NCBI GenBank assembly: GCA_002633005.1 | Contig: NMRA01000110.1 | Span: 937,915-981,131 of the forward strand | Reading direction: 5' to 3' | Length of the DNA: 43,217 bases | Source: Phoronis australis | Lineage: Eukaryota; Animalia; Phoronida | In this document: piece by piece, positions 9,678-23,095 of the stretch | How the letters are laid out: the number at the start of each line of letters is the position of its first letter | How positions within the stretch are numbered: the first letter of the stretch is position 1 | Notes under the pieces: model-generated | What the model was told of the DNA's origin: nothing | Database searches by the model: none | The model's input: only the letters and a program-made list of their open reading frames with translations | Translations under genes and position numbers: made by a program

Positions 9678-11580
9678 TTTCAGCTTACAACACACTAAAC
9701 AATCCCTAAATCCAACGTAGTTGAGTTCTCTACTAACCTATCTTGCCGCAGAATACTCGCCGATGGAAAGTGGTGGCGACAATTGTTGAAAAACAGCACA
9801 AAGCAAAAGTAGAATAGAACAGATTTGCACGGTAAAGTCAACACAAAACCAAGTGGCGGGAAACGCTTGTCTCCTAAAACGTCACTTCCGGAGTAGCGGA
9901 CGAGTAATTTATAAAATTACGAAAAGCTGTAATTAAGTGTAAAATATGTCTAGGATAACAAACCATCCTTATTTTAGCTCAAAGTGACAGGGAAAAAGGT
10001 TGCCTTCGCCTTTAAAAAAACAACAATATATGATATTTTAATTTTCTAGGACTTGGCGCCTGAGTTGCAGATGATATAGTATTCAGCAGTTGAAAACTGA
10101 GGGATAAGTCTCTTATAATTAACAGCTTTGTTCCAGATTTTACGTTTAGGGCCTGGTTGCATGTCGAGTTTTCGTAACACTGCTGCAACTGTATTACTTT
10201 AAACTATATTCGCAACGTTTGATGATCGAACCGGCTAAAGACGTCGAGTCGACATTGACCTACATGTACCTTTTGAACTTTCCATGTAAGAGGTCGCTGT
10301 TGAAGTAGTGCTGGAGGTGAATACGGAAAACTTTGTTGGGAACGTAGTTGCCACGAACATGTTAAGTATGCGCCTCACCATCAAATTGTATTGTAACGGT
10401 GAATGTGATTGCAATATTTTACACCCGCGTAGATTTGGTGGGAATGCATGTTATCCACATATAGGATTCAATGCCCAATAGCCAAAATGGGATGTAGATA
10501 CTACGCAATAGTTTGGGATCATGAGAGCGACCGGTTCAGATCCTGGAGTAGCATGCAATTCTTACTGTCTTAAACATGCAAAAGTCTGCTGATTCGGCGA
10601 GGTCTAACTATTAACCTGATTCACCTACATGTATGGCATTGGTGTCGTCTTCACCACCATCTCCAGGCCTGCCTTTATAACACTCGTCAAGCTCGCTCTC
10701 TAAGTCCCTGTATGTTACACAATCATTTTTACCGCCATCGCATATATACGTACATTGTACGTATCAACTGATCAGCGTCTACGACTGATTACATCACGTG
10801 ACGGGAAACCAAAAACTCAACATTAATTTTTCTTTAAAATTCAAAAGTCCTCAATTAACTGCTTAGCTAGATTTTGTGTTAAAAATTATTATACCCGGTC
10901 TAAATCTAAAATCTCCACAAGTGCAAATATTCATTATAGGAACGCTTTAAACTTAAAGGCCTTGTTAATTCATTGAATAGAATCATCCCTGAATACCCGC
11001 ATGAGAGTGCAGCCCCTTTATTTCACATTAATTTGAAGTCATTACCTATAACAGAGACTTGTTTACTCTCTGGTTATTGACCTATCATGCCTCACACCTG
11101 CATGACCTTTTACAAGTACTTGTTGCCATGGCCTTTACATCAAGCTGGTTCTTGTAACTACGCTGATGTAGATCTGTTAAGAACGATTCGAATATTGTGT
11201 AGAAAAGTATTCGTCTACCAGTGCCTTAGAAGTCCGCCATAACTCGATTGAGAACATCTATTCTACCATTGGAGGTTGAAGTGGGGTGGTTCTTCAGAAC
11301 TCCTGTGTATGAACTTTGATTGTGAAAAATACATTAATATTCGACCATTTTTATACGGAGTTCTGCCTTACCTCAAATATTAAAAAAATAAATGGTGCAG
11401 CAAAATTCATTCAAACGCTTTGCTGGTTAGATTTAATTATCTGTTTGTAAACTAGTCTATACGATGCAGTTGCCAAACTTACCTTGAGTGTGTGCATTAT
11501 ATTACAGTAAATCATGGTTTGTTTTAAGGTGTATGAGTAAGGCCACTGAGTTTCGGGGGTGTGGTGAATATTCTGTATTA

Positions 11581-11646
11581 ATGTGATCACGTACTTATGT
11601 ACTTGTGCACCCTATGTGATCATGCACGTATGTACTTGTGCAGCCT
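11581..11646. repeat. 33-bp imperfect tandem duplication
   Basis: ATGTGATCACGTACTTATGTACTTGTGCACCCT followed by ATGTGATCATGCACGTATGTACTTGTGCAGCCT. Confidence 0.85.
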
Positions 11647-12659
11647 TTATTAACTGAAAAATAGATAATAAATCTGTCTATCTAGGCCAAAGTCAACATG
11701 GTATGGTTTTAATATTCAAAGTATCAGCTGCAATGCTTACGCAAAAATTGATAAACTGGGTGAAGCGCAATATACTAGGCTAACTTCCAGTGTACCTAAA
11801 GTGTAAATAAGTATTTACAGATACGGCGGGGTACAAATCGAAACTTCCACTTCACGCCTGCACACTCTTCTATTTTTCTGGACCAAAGTTTGCGTATCTC
11901 AGTCCCTGTTAGGGCGTCTCTAAATACGCTGCTCAGGATCTCCGTAGTACGAATAACTGCATCTCATGCCTTACATCCACAGAAAAAAAAGATTACCAAA
12001 AAATTTTCGGATATCACGTCTGAAGCCTTCACCAGTGCGATATTCTGCCGCTGACTTGTACATGTACGTAATGATGTGTCCGTAAACGCCATCATCCCTC
12101 TTCAAAGGATTACGGTTCTATGCAATGCACGGCACCCCCATGGTTCTTTTTGCATAACTATTACATGTAGTTCTTCGTCAATTAATGTGGTACTCCATCA
12201 ATGCATTACATGATGTTGCCGAAGAACGTTATCTGTAATCGTGGAATTTGTTTAAGGACTTTTCTTTCATACAATGACTATTTTCACAGGTCGCTTTCAC
12301 GTCCCTAATATGTCCTTAAGTCAGTAGCTAAATATCATTGTTGTCTTTCTCGCGTAGGAGTTGTCAGAGGGGACACATGGAGTCCGGTTCACCATGCACT
12401 GTTGTCATCCACTGAACGTTTCTACTTTGAGTACACCAGTTGTTGTCTAATTGTTGACAGCGGTGGAGTGGTAGTCCTAATGTCGAATTTCCAAAAGGGT
12501 CCCCAAGGGCTTCTGATATGCCCGCCATGATGCCACGAGATTCCTCTGTGTTAGTCTTTATTAAAAGGCTTACGGGTTTGACTTTTTCAAAAGTCAACAT
12601 TAACTATCCATACCTGATTAATAAATCAATGTGTGATTTCTCATGTACTTGATCCACTG

Positions 12660-12908
12660 GGTCAGAAACCAGCTTTTAATTCCCTCAAGCAAGGTATGCA
12701 CAACATCAACCTTTTTGTGCGACAGAAACTGTAAGTTCTGACCTGTGTGAATCGGCTTTCGAGAAACATAGATCTTTAGGGAACATCCTTCATGTGTGTC
12801 AGATAATCTTTTTTGCCAAAAAACTAAACTCCTGCAGGATTCCTTTTGGTATGTGAGTTTGATACAGCCCGATGGATTACAGCTGTTCACCTGCTTTGTT
12901 AGTTGCAC
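12660..12908 (-). pseudogene. Penelope-like reverse transcriptase (palm end/thumb) remnant
   Basis: VNSCNPSGCIKLTYQKE..L.F...SLKIYVSRKPIHTGQNLQFLSH.K..VVHTL matches the PLE pattern LN...IKFT.E.E...FLD...VYRKPTHTDQYL.F.SHH. Confidence 0.75.
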
Positions 12909-13371
12909 ATTCTTTCTTCCGGCACACTTTCAAACACAAGGTCGATATATCTTCTCCAATATTCTAGGACTTAGCTCTGCAGGGTCTGTGCTGACGATAT
13001 TATGTTCTAACTAAGCGTTCCGGGAGCACGTTTCTGTACTTACTGCCTACATACTGAAAACATACGTCAAGTAAAGAACAAAATTTAACAACGTAAGTTA
13101 GTCTTCTTACTCAGATTACCATCAGGAACCAAACATTCCATTATAATTTTCAAAGTGTAAGCGGTAGATGTCTTGATAAATTATAATTTCATCATCTTCG
13201 ATGATAAAGTCCTCAGTACATTCTATGAACGATTTTGAGTTGTCCCAAGTAAAGGAGCCAGAAGATGTTGGCGGGTAAAAACCTGAAGAACCGTTTTAGT
13301 GCACCGTGGGTCTTCACGGGACACCGTCTTTGTGAAGCTTTGGCTTGCAACATAATCCGATGTAGCATACA

Positions 13372-13625
13372 TTGTTGTATTGTGATCTGATTTCCATCTT
13401 GCAGGGGCTGAAGGTGGCCAAAAAAATCTTCTTGAAAGTACATGTAGGGCGGGTTCTTGACCTTGGAAGTTTGAGTAAGGACAAGAATTGGTTTGACAGA
13501 GGCGCCAAGGCCTTCTTTATCAAGCCTTTTAATCCACTGCTCAACAGACACAGGGGTGGAAAGTTTGATTTGTCTACCGCTTGGACTGCTGCAGTGGATA
13601 GTATCTCGCGAAGGCATATCGGGAA
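13372..13625 (+). pseudogene. Penelope-like GIY-YIG endonuclease C-terminal remnant
   Basis: VLD...KDKNWFDRGAKAFFIKPFNPLLNRHRGGKFDLSTAW resembles E.RWFERGVKEAI.I....P.LNR.GG...L...W. Confidence 0.7.
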
Positions 13626-13898
13626 GCTTCACCTGTCCCGCCATTACAACCATTCCACTAGAATGGAGCTGGACAATCCCGAGAGTTTAGTAACTACAAT
13701 ACAGTCCACCTGAACAGGATTATTAATTCTTGATATGAACATGGGTCTATTTCTAATTTTGGCGTGGTATAAATATCGCTCTAGATTTGGAAACCCAATA
13801 ACGTTACTTGGTTTTCCAGTTGTTCATGCGAATATGAAAGTTTGCTGTTCAGCACAAGTGGAATATTGACACGATGAACTAAAGCTTATTGGACGTGA

Positions 13899-14174
13899 CA
13901 TGGGTGCACCCAGGGGGGCTCGGGTGGCTCGAAAGAGCCCCCAATTTTACGAATTGGGCAAAAGGTCCGCCTCAGAGAAACAAAAAGTCCGAGTAAATGA
14001 AACAAAAGTCCATAAAATCCCACGTGAAGTCGACGCGGATGCAAAAGTCGTGGGCCTGAACCAAGTGGCCGGGTTTTTTTATTAGTCCTCGTTGATTTCA
14101 TTCACTAAAAGGTCCGCACACCGAAAAATTCGAAAATTCGAGCTCCCCTATACTTTAGGCTGGGTGCGTGCATG
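13899..14174. mobile_element. hAT-like MITE
   Basis: Imperfect TIR CATGGGTGCACCCAG / CTGGGTGCGTGCATG; GC-rich subterminal hairpin; repeated internal AAAAG(G)TCC motifs; no TSD seen. Confidence 0.6.
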
Positions 14175-14577
14175 CTTGAGATTTGAATATTTTACCGTGA
14201 TCACGGTTATTATGACGCGACTGCAAAGTTTTCGCATTTCTCCATCTCTGATGAGTGAACGGACTTCTCCGAGCTTTGACAATCAAGAATACAATACAGT
14301 TGCCACGTTTATGTTTTGAACTTTCTTTGATAACAACACTAAAGAGGAAATGGCAAGGCCCAAACCAATTTGAACAACAATATGGTCTAAATTCTTGTTT
14401 GTAATTATAATTGTTACTGCTGTATTCTTAACATTAACTGAATTGTACGTCTCTATACAAAGTTATTTACATATTTAGTGCCGTGGTGTTGTAACGCCAT
14501 TGTTGTAACGGAGAATAGGGCGCCATTTTCGTTCGTTACACATCTGTGAAGTGGGGTAGGGGAACACAAAGCAAATA

Positions 14578-16471
14578 ATGTGTGTCCAAGTAAGTACAGC
14601 GGCGTAGATGAGGAATACTTTGAAACATACAGGGACGGACAGGTGGACTTTTCAGATGATTTTGACATTTCGGAACTGCAGGAGGATGTGACAGATCGCA
14701 TAGGAACAAGTTGTGTTCACAGTTTTTCTGTTGTAGTGGAACCGTTAGCTTTCGATTCCTTTCACGGCCGTTGCTCTGGTCATCGAAGACTCTGCCATAG
14801 CCGGTTCGCAGGAGTTCCGATTGGATGTTAGTGACTGGTAAGAATAGTTTGAGAATGTATTCTACAACCGCTAAATATTACTTGGTCTTTTTAATTCAAA
14901 ATTCAGTAGGTCAGGTGCTTTACAGATCAGTCCCAGGCACCCACTGCACTGATGAATCGTGTTTCAGCCGTGAATAAATACCAGTTCTTAGTGTGTCTCA
15001 GTGGTTTGAGCTCGTGAAACTCAGGTTCGAATCCTGGCTTTCACTGGCAGACAAAATTGCCTCCTACTTCTCTGAGACTGAGCTCGGTGTTACCAGGGAG
15101 TGAATAAATGTATGCAAGGGAATGAATGATAGCCACTTTGGATTAATCGACTGTGAAGTGTAAAGTAGAGGATGAAGGAATCGCAATTTTATAATTTAGA
15201 CTTTCTCACCTCGGAGCTGAGGGGGATAATTCTGTAGATTATAAAACAGGTCACTTCATTTTCGTACTCAAGGGCCAACTCAACTCGGACCCACATCAAT
15301 GTACACATGTGTTCCAAAATAGTTTTATTTTGTAAGGCAATGCTTGAAATGGAAACAATCATTTCATGTCTATGTAAATTGACCCAATGTTGCCATTATT
15401 TATGAATGATATATGGTACATGGCGTGCGTACGAGTCGACTTGGGAAGGAACTGCCTGGTAAAATGTGTATAGAGGACATGCCACTGTATTGTGATTGTC
15501 CTTGTAGCATATGGAGACGTTTTAGGAAATTTTTACTGTAATATTTAAAATATGGGCCACCCTTTGAGTGGCAACACTGCTTTTCAACTTGGTTTGCCCC
15601 ACTGGCATTGTCTAGTTTGATTAATGGTATGTGGGTGCCGATAGGGTTCCGACCGGGAGAACAGGTCGCACGACTACTTACAAAACGGTCCCCCCATCAA
15701 TGAATCAGGGCAACTACCTTGTGTCTTAGGGTCAGCTAAAAATCAAACAACTAATATCCATTACGATATCCCCGGGCATGACCTACCACTGCCTTGAGTG
15801 TAGCGCTATACATCTGTATGGAAAGTAAATAGGTTGTCATGTTCCAAAGCTTGTTTTTTGGAAACATTATTGATTTTTGTTCTGTTGTAAACAGGTCGCT
15901 GCTCAAGAGGGGTTTACTCTGCATGTACACTCAGTTTACTTGAAAACTGACGTAGTATGCAACCTCCTCTATTAAATTTGGCACAGGCACTCTTGGTAAG
16001 TTTTTCAGTTCGAAATTTTGATGTTTACTGAAGTATTGTATTATTGTTGACAAATCTTACAGGTGCACCTGTGGCAACTGTCAGACAACCCCAGTTGTTG
16101 AAGAAACAGTATGCTGTCAATTAGGTCGACAAGGTTGTTGCGAAACTTGATGAAGAAATGAAGCGTGACAACTTGCACAGAAGAAAATGTACATGTATTG
16201 TGGAGCATGGTGGTTTGAATATGTATGCATCAATCGTGATGTTTTGGAGACTTCATGGCTGCAATACAAAAGTCATTATCCTGATGGCTATGACAGACCC
16301 TTGGATAAAAGGATACGACACGTGGTCTACAGACAGTTCCAAATACGTCGTAAAGGGTCACTTAGGACAAAGTGTCCGCGTTGTCATTCCAGCATACGCA
16401 GTAGCCTGCATAAGACCTTTCTACCATACGCCAGGACATGAGGAGACTTTGAGTTCCATGGATTTTCTTAA
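14578..16471 (+). pseudogene. Two-exon P2X7-ballast-like (KolX-type) pseudogene
   Basis: Exon ends RLDVSD-TG|GTAAG at 14837; acceptor AG at 16061-16062 restores W-CTCGNCQ...ETVCCQ. Then CIVEHG.F..VCINRDVLE...RHVVYRQF...GHLG..VRVVIPAYAV..IR.FY...FHGF across several frameshifts. Start position approximate. Confidence 0.82.
14990..15150 (+). mobile_element. tRNA-derived SINE-like fragment inside the accessory-gene intron
   Basis: A-box-like TCTCAGTGGTTTGAGC followed by B box GGTTCGAATCC at 15024-15034; no full cloverleaf. Confidence 0.5.
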
Positions 16472-17567
16472 TAGTTTCATCCATTTATAGATATCAACTG
16501 TTGTCTTAGCCCTAGAATGCCAACTCCTGCACATGACCTATGTATTCTTTTATTAAAGTTGTGACTCAGGGACTAGACTTCTGTAATTCGGATGAGCTGC
16601 AACAAGTTGTAGTGACAAATTCCATAGAAAGAATAAACATCGTAACACGAATGCAATCGCAGCGCAACCTCAGCGGCATGAAATTGAAGTTGGCATTCCT
16701 TGAATAGACTTCTGTGGTTTCAGAAGGGTAAATATTGACACAGAGAGTAGCATTTATTGATGCTCATCAATCTGGTTACTTATAAAAACATGGTTATGAC
16801 AAGTGTAACTTAAGTAGGATTACATTATACTCCTCTAAACTAAACATCAGTTAAACTTATGGTTTACCTAGGTAAACTGAGGAATTCGTCTCATTGGAGT
16901 CCAGTTTGTGTGCTTGAAGCGAACATCGAACAGTATGGCAGTTTCATAAAAAATTAAGTTTTGAATCTGGGCCATTGTCTGAGGTAGAAACTGAATCTCC
17001 AGCTCTGTGCTTATGCAGTAGAGTTCTCTAAATTGGTAGTTCTTCAGTGGGAACTTTAGAAAGGTTGTCTTAATTCCGCAGTAACGCCTCTAAATAACTC
17101 TGACTTTAATGAAATATTTTAGTCTCATTGGATCCAACTTCGAGAGTTATACTGTAATTCAATGACAAATCAATGAACACAACACACCAACCATTGAATC
17201 TCAACCCATAAGCTCCAGTATGCAATAGCTTTAGATGTCTATGACACGGTATAAAAACACAAAAGTATGCGTGTGTGTAGGAAGTGGGAAATCTGAAGTG
17301 AGTGCTTGTATCACTCACACAAAAATTCCCAAGAAAATGTTCGAAATCTGTGCAAGTGATTATTATGTCGTACAATTTGGATGATATTGTCCCACAAAAA
17401 AGACTGACGACTCAAACAGGTACCTTTTCACCGCACTTAACAAAAGAAAGTCTTCCTATACCAACGCACTGTATGGGACAGCAAGAGTTTAGTGCAAATC
17501 AAATATACCTAAAACGCTATGCAACAATATTTTTAGTCATTGAATTGAAGAAACATTGAAATATTTC

Positions 17568-17713
17568 CGAGGGCGGATCCAGAATTCAGAGTTGGGGGCA
17601 GGGCACAGTATAAGTTAGGATTTTGCCCGTCAGATAGTCGCACCCTCGAATCGTCAAATGGAATCTGGGAGAATTTTAGGGGGATAGCAGGGCACCCTCT
17701 AAATCCGCCACTG
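17568..17713. mobile_element. Short hAT-like MITE
   Basis: CGAGGGCGGATCCAG ... CTAAATCCGCCACTG (CAGTGGCGGAT-type termini); ATTTC on both flanks (17563-17567, 17714-17718). Confidence 0.6.
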
Positions 17714-18535
17714 ATTTCAGTATAAGAACATAGCATACCACCGGGTTTATGTATACAAACGGGACAGCCAAATGCCACACCCAAAAGTTTTTCACAATTT
17801 CCAGTACTGGTACTACAGTGTATAAACACTCTGACATTGCTATGTGTACTACTATCAAACATTTAATCTAACACATTGGTAGTGACTGTCAAATATGTGA
17901 AGGAAAGTAATTCCAGTGCTTTCACTGACAAAGCAGACAGTCCGAATTTATCTGGATAACGGATCTACATCTGTGCCACTGCATCCTCCTTGGACACATC
18001 TTGAGCACCAGCACTCGGCATTGGAGGGGCATCAATTTCTGAGCGAATTTTAAGATTACCAGCTTCTGTTGTTCCGCAATGAGTGCAAGGTGTTCTCCCT
18101 TACTTCATTTACATCATCTGAAAAGCAAAACAGCAGCAATTTAAAAGTAAAAACATTTTGAATCCAGAGTAGTCCATGATTAAAGTAAAACACGACGATA
18201 TCAAATTGCATGTTTTCGCCTACTTTTACAACCTTCAAGCAAAAGCCAAAACTAGATTTTAATCCTGTTTTTTGAAGCAGATTACTTTAATAATCAAAAC
18301 CTTGGTCTTGTGTTAACATCGTGTTCTACTTTATTCATAATCTGCATCCTTTTCAAAGTACAAGCCTTTTTGAGATCAGATTTATTTGTTGTGGCTTTTA
18401 GTGTTACTGTTCCATTTGTAACTAAATCTTTCACGGAAAACAAGAACTATTGTGATTGTGAAAAAAGATAGTTTTGTTCAGGCACTGTGAAAGCGTCATG
18501 AAATCTTAGATATCAAAATTATCAAGGTAACTTAC

Positions 18536-18780
18536 CTTTTTACAAGACCAGCTTCATCCATCATGATGTGTTTGTCGTCGAAGCAGCTTCCTCAAAATGG
18601 TAGGAGCATATTTCGGCTCCCACAGACGGCTGACTCGACAGTCATTTTCCGAAGACGAGCAGTGCATACGAAAACGTGCCATTACGCGGCCAGATGCTTG
18701 TCTTTTGGAAATTTAAATGGGCTCACGCCTTCCACCTGGGTGGTGTTAGAACAGTTAGCGCTCACATACCGATGGACCAT
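18536..18780 (-). pseudogene. THAP-domain first exon of the copy-2 transposase
   Basis: MVHRYVSANCSNTTQVEGVSPFKFPKDKHLAA*WHVFV...ICSYHFEE ending at a GTAAG donor; contains a stop and frameshifts. Confidence 0.78.
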
Positions 18781-20941
18781 AGCTAAAACACGCCAAGTTT
18801 TTTAATTGGTCTTTGTTCGTCGTGTACTGTGATATAATAGCGGTGACCTGCATTGTGGGATGTGATCTAGTTTGTGTTCCCCAACACCATGTCACGGTGT
18901 CAAAGGTCAACTTTTCGAGGATTTTTTATTTTCGCTTGTCGGAAAGAACTAAAAATATAATTATAAAATAATTTGAATAAAATACGTCCTTGAAGATATT
19001 ATTGCAATTTAACACATTTGGACCTTGCAAATTACACGTTAAACCTCTGTTCTGCTCAATTTGTCCACTTGCATGATTTGAAACGTTCCATCTCTAACGA
19101 AGTGCTTTATAGTTACATATGTTCAATATTCATTCCCTGCTTCAACTTCCTACATTGAAGAATTCAAGCCAACTAACAGTTGTTGAATTCGCCACTGTAA
19201 AATGCTTTTTCACCCACATTAAAAGCGCCTCACACGGGATCTAAATGTCTGATTGTAAGTGTGCCTGTCTCAATTGGCAGAGTTTTGTTTGAAAACATAT
19301 TTTTACGCGTATTAATAAGAGTTCACATCTTGAAGACATTTCGATCCATGCAACTCTACATGTGAACGTAAAAATGTCCTTACGAGTTTTCGAAGCATTG
19401 CAATCAAGTTCCATGAGCGTTTGTGGCTGTGATCATGTTTTTGAGGGTGGATCCCTTTCACGTAACTACAAATTACCGAGTCCCCGGTAATAAATCCAGC
19501 AATGAGCGTGCACGAATGTATCATCAGATTACTTCTATGTCTGCATGCCGCAGAGAGCAAAGATCGGCGTATTTTGACTGATCTGAGCCAACTGTTACAT
19601 TCGAACCCATTTGTTACGGTTATTGCCGGGCTTGTGGGGATGTATCATAGCATTAAAAGCTGCACTTCTTCTGTCAAGTCGTGTTTAATGGTGGCCGACT
19701 AATTGACGTTTATTGCGATCACGCTTTCCAATCGGCCACGACTGTTACGCCTATCAATCCCAGTAGGCTATGCGCGCTAAGTAATTTAAAGATGGCGCTG
19801 CACGGTTTTCCAGGGCAGGTGCTGACATTGAGTGGTAATCGTGAGCTAAAACCGTAATTAATTTGATTCAACTGTACTTAAAGTCACTCACAGCAGTGAT
19901 TATTAACAGTTTCCCTTGTGCTGCAACAGGTGCTCTATCGACTTGAGAAGAGGTTTGTTTTGGAAATTGTTGTCGATTTTTAAAACTTTTTCGTTACTTT
20001 CTCGCGAACAGTTTTGCTATTATCTGTCATAGTGCAGTTATCACGACACCATTAGGCCAATTATGCAATAGTGTAGAATAGGGGAAATTTCCTGTCAAAT
20101 TTTACCGACAAGACCTTTGCGAATTAAGTTAGTGATAGTCCACCACCATCTAGTCTCAACAGGTTTACGTGTACATACCACGTCTCAGGTGTTGGTGTTG
20201 GACGACATGTGAACGCCGTAAAATACAACGTTCACATGCCTGCCGATCAGAAGACAAATTGCGTGTATCATCGTGGTCTAAGAAGAAACGCGCGTTAGCT
20301 AGCGCTCGTTTCCTGTCTGATGCTTCGTCTAATCGTCTCCCACCAAAATCAAACGACGAATTACTTACATTCTTAGCCAGTGGAACAATATGGCTGTATC
20401 CCAACGACTTAATTTGTGGTCAAACTCTGATTGACTCACGTTGAGGTTACGTAATCGGCCATATTATTCGTAATTTGCATTTTGTTGTACTGTTATCATT
20501 ACTTAGCGGATGCCTTGGCAAACGCCCGTTTCTTTTAAAGCGTGAGACCTGTCTTGTAATCAGATGAACTGTGCATCTTCTCGTCAAATGACTTATCCAA
20601 TCAAGAGGTGACGCTATAGGTATGACCGTTGAGACTGAACTAGACCATGATGACCCACTAGAGTGAGCACCCTAATGTGTCAATACACTCGTACTTTCTG
20701 CCCAAACAAGTTTTGAAATGTCCCATGTACCCCAAATTGTCCACGATCTTGACAAAACACGTGTCCGCTGGGCACCAACGTAACACGAACTTATTTTGAA
20801 GAAATGGCGAGCTGTCAGTTCATTTTCAAACATGGAGACCAATGCTAAGACAAGTACATATGTTGTTCATGTAAGAGCGGTGAAAAAAAGGGAAATGAAA
20901 ATTATAATCAATCCCATTTTTATTCGATGTTCGGATAACTG

Positions 20942-20943
<2 letters not shown>

Positions 20944-20988
<45 letters not shown>
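20944..20988. repeat. (AT)n microsatellite
   Basis: Uninterrupted AT run. Confidence 0.97.
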
Positions 20989-20991
<3 letters not shown>

Positions 20992-22732
20992 TGTATATAT
21001 GGCGAAATCGTTATCCCACAAATTTGGAACCCAAATGGATTTTGGAGAATGATCGCCTGACAGGCGATATTATACAACATACTGAACGACAAACATTGCA
21101 ATGAATCGGTCCACCTTTCTCGAATCGCCTTGGCTTTGTAACTACTTTCCTACTTTCTATGTTAGAGACCCGGGGTCCGAGGTGGTGACCTTTGAAGAAA
21201 TGCCAAGTTATTGTTGATAAAATAACGTTTTTAATCAAAACCAATTCAGAAATTATACAAAATAGAAATAAAGTGAATCTATAAAATAAGTTTTAAGAAA
21301 ATAGTCTAGCTTTTTACACATCTTATCATGCTTAGCTTTCACCGTAAAACATGTTTGTTAAAATAGTTTACCTCTAGTTACTCAGTATACATGTACTGTC
21401 CAAGCTAAACAATCCCGAGTTATTACCTGCATTGATATTTATATTTATATTTATACTGCAGGTCGAGGATTTTCAAGAGAGTGACAGTGACAGATTAATT
21501 CTGATAAATTAAAAATGTTTTATTGAAATCGTGTGTTTTATTTTTCACAACCAATAAAGGTCAGTACGATGAACATGTGATTATTCCACGGGCTCATTTA
21601 GTATCGACGGCTCAAAACTCGAAAGGAGCGGGTTCGAATCCGCCCTCAGGTTCCCGTCAAAATGTTTTTTAACGCTTGTATTGTCCATGTCAGGGTGATA
21701 ATGTGGTATATTATGCTTTACACTTTTTACGATTTTCAAACGACAAAATCGGTCCAAAAGGCATGCGGGGCGTTTTGTTTTGCTTTTTTACACTAAACAT
21801 GTCAAACTGTTCTCCCACGACAAAGACACAAGTTGAGATTTGCCTTTAAGCTACACGTTATTTCAATGGTAAATTTTAGACAGCTAATAACTCCAATCGT
21901 AGCCCTATCAACGACCATATTTAGCCCTTAGAAGTGCATCATTAAAAAGTGTTGACTTCTTAAGATAATTTCTACCAACTAAAATATCCTGCGCAGAGCT
22001 TATTTGGTGAAAAAATTATCGCTGGAATAAATCAGGCTGGAGGTGATACAAATATCCGTTGACGCAACCAATGGAATCCACTTGGCATACATGTATGCTC
22101 ACAGCATGAATATTCAAAACATGAGTCATTACAATGATTTCAAAGTAAGAACTGCCTTAAGGTTGGGTACATGCATAAAGATAGTCAAATTCGTTTCACT
22201 TTGGAACATTGTATATCATATCTTAGAAACGGCGGATCTTATTCATGCGAAATTTTCAGATCCCATACCTAACGCAAAGTTCCACAAAACGTCACTTTTA
22301 CATGCGGGGATATCGAAATAGCAGTTTTATACTTTCTGAGAAAAATCATTAAAGTTACAAAATACGAAAACGAAGTGATATTTTGGAAAACTGTTACAGA
22401 CTTTTGATATCTTATCTTGAACAATTACACGCATATCAAATAAAATCGAATCATGTTATCGAGGCCTTTGTTTTCATATCAATTTACCTTAAAATTTTCT
22501 AAATGATGTTAAAATACGGTAGAGTCAAAAATCAGGTTTTGCAGACTGTTTACTTTCAGACACTATTTACTGTTATTAACAGTGTTCCAGTAACTGTATA
22601 TAGTTTTCCAATTATTTTGGTTCCACTTTAACCGAATTAATTCAAAACAAGATAATAATTCGAGAGTTACGAGGTGTGAATGGAATGTCACAGAGCAATC
22701 TTTATTTTCAGGGTCCGTGTTTAATCGTCAGT

Positions 22733-22793
22733 ATGGCTGTACATTTGAACATTCCGCTCTTTCTCTCGTTTTGTTTCGTCACTGTTAAATGCG
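22733..22793 (+). CDS. Carboxylesterase coding exon 1 (signal peptide), inferred
   Basis: MAVHLNIPLFLSFCFVTVKC-G|GTAAGT: hydrophobic leader ending in a phase-1 donor that matches the phase-1 acceptor at 30376. It is preceded by the acceptor TTTATTTTCAG at 22701-22711, implying an upstream non-coding exon. Confidence 0.72.
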
Positions 22794-23095
22794 GTAAGTT
22801 GTACCCTGTCGCAGAAGATTCTGTAGTATCGTACTGTGCTGTTCAAATATGTTTGTCAAAAGGGTCTTTCACCGCTGTTTAGCCCTTTGTGTTCCACTCT
22901 TGACTCGAATGCTTTTGGATTTCAAAGCATTCGCAAGATCCTCCGATAACGTTGTGTTGCTCCAGTTGCAAGCAATGAGTAGATGCGAATTTTTAAATTT
23001 GCAGTTTTTGGGTTGGCCAACTTAAAGGAGCATTCCACCCAAAAAACAACCTAATTTCTATCAATTTAGATCGAGTAGTTCTACTCCATAACTAC

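Larger units (their letters stand above)
8321..10011 (+). mobile_element. Kolobok-type DNA transposon, internal-deletion derivative (copy 1)
   Basis: TTAA TSD (8317-8320, 10012-10015); AGG...CCT termini; ~150-bp TIRs (8321-8470 / 9861-10011) with few mismatches; convergent THAP-transposase and P2X7-ballast-like ORF starts. Confidence 0.92.
14343..19038 (-). mobile_element. Old degenerate Kolobok-type element (copy 2)
   Basis: Left end (C)TAA|AGAGGAAATGGCAAGGCCCAAA versus right end revcomp TTAA|CGTGTAATTTGCAAGGTCCAAA. Subterminal inverted match GGGGAACACAAA (14559-14570) / TTTGTGTTCCCC (18871-18882). Ballast-like gene on + converges on a THAP gene on -. Confidence 0.7.

Noticed and set aside
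13176-13220. Minus-strand CTGAGGA-cttt-ATCATC(GAA)GATGAT-GAAA hammerhead-like string between the Penelope remnants
   Set aside because: Four unpaired extra bases before stem II and a very weak stem I; could be chance in AT-rich DNA.
9283-16490. Calling the Cys-rich ORFs host P2X7 receptor genes
   Set aside because: Only the ballast-like part is present, with no channel domains; both copies are disrupted and lie within transposon ends.
19200-20450. Several short ORFs that might be LINE or gene remnants
   Set aside because: No motif I can assign with confidence.
21590-21650. GGTTCGAATCC B box suggesting a tRNA
   Set aside because: No acceptor or anticodon stems and no convincing A box; at most a decayed SINE head.
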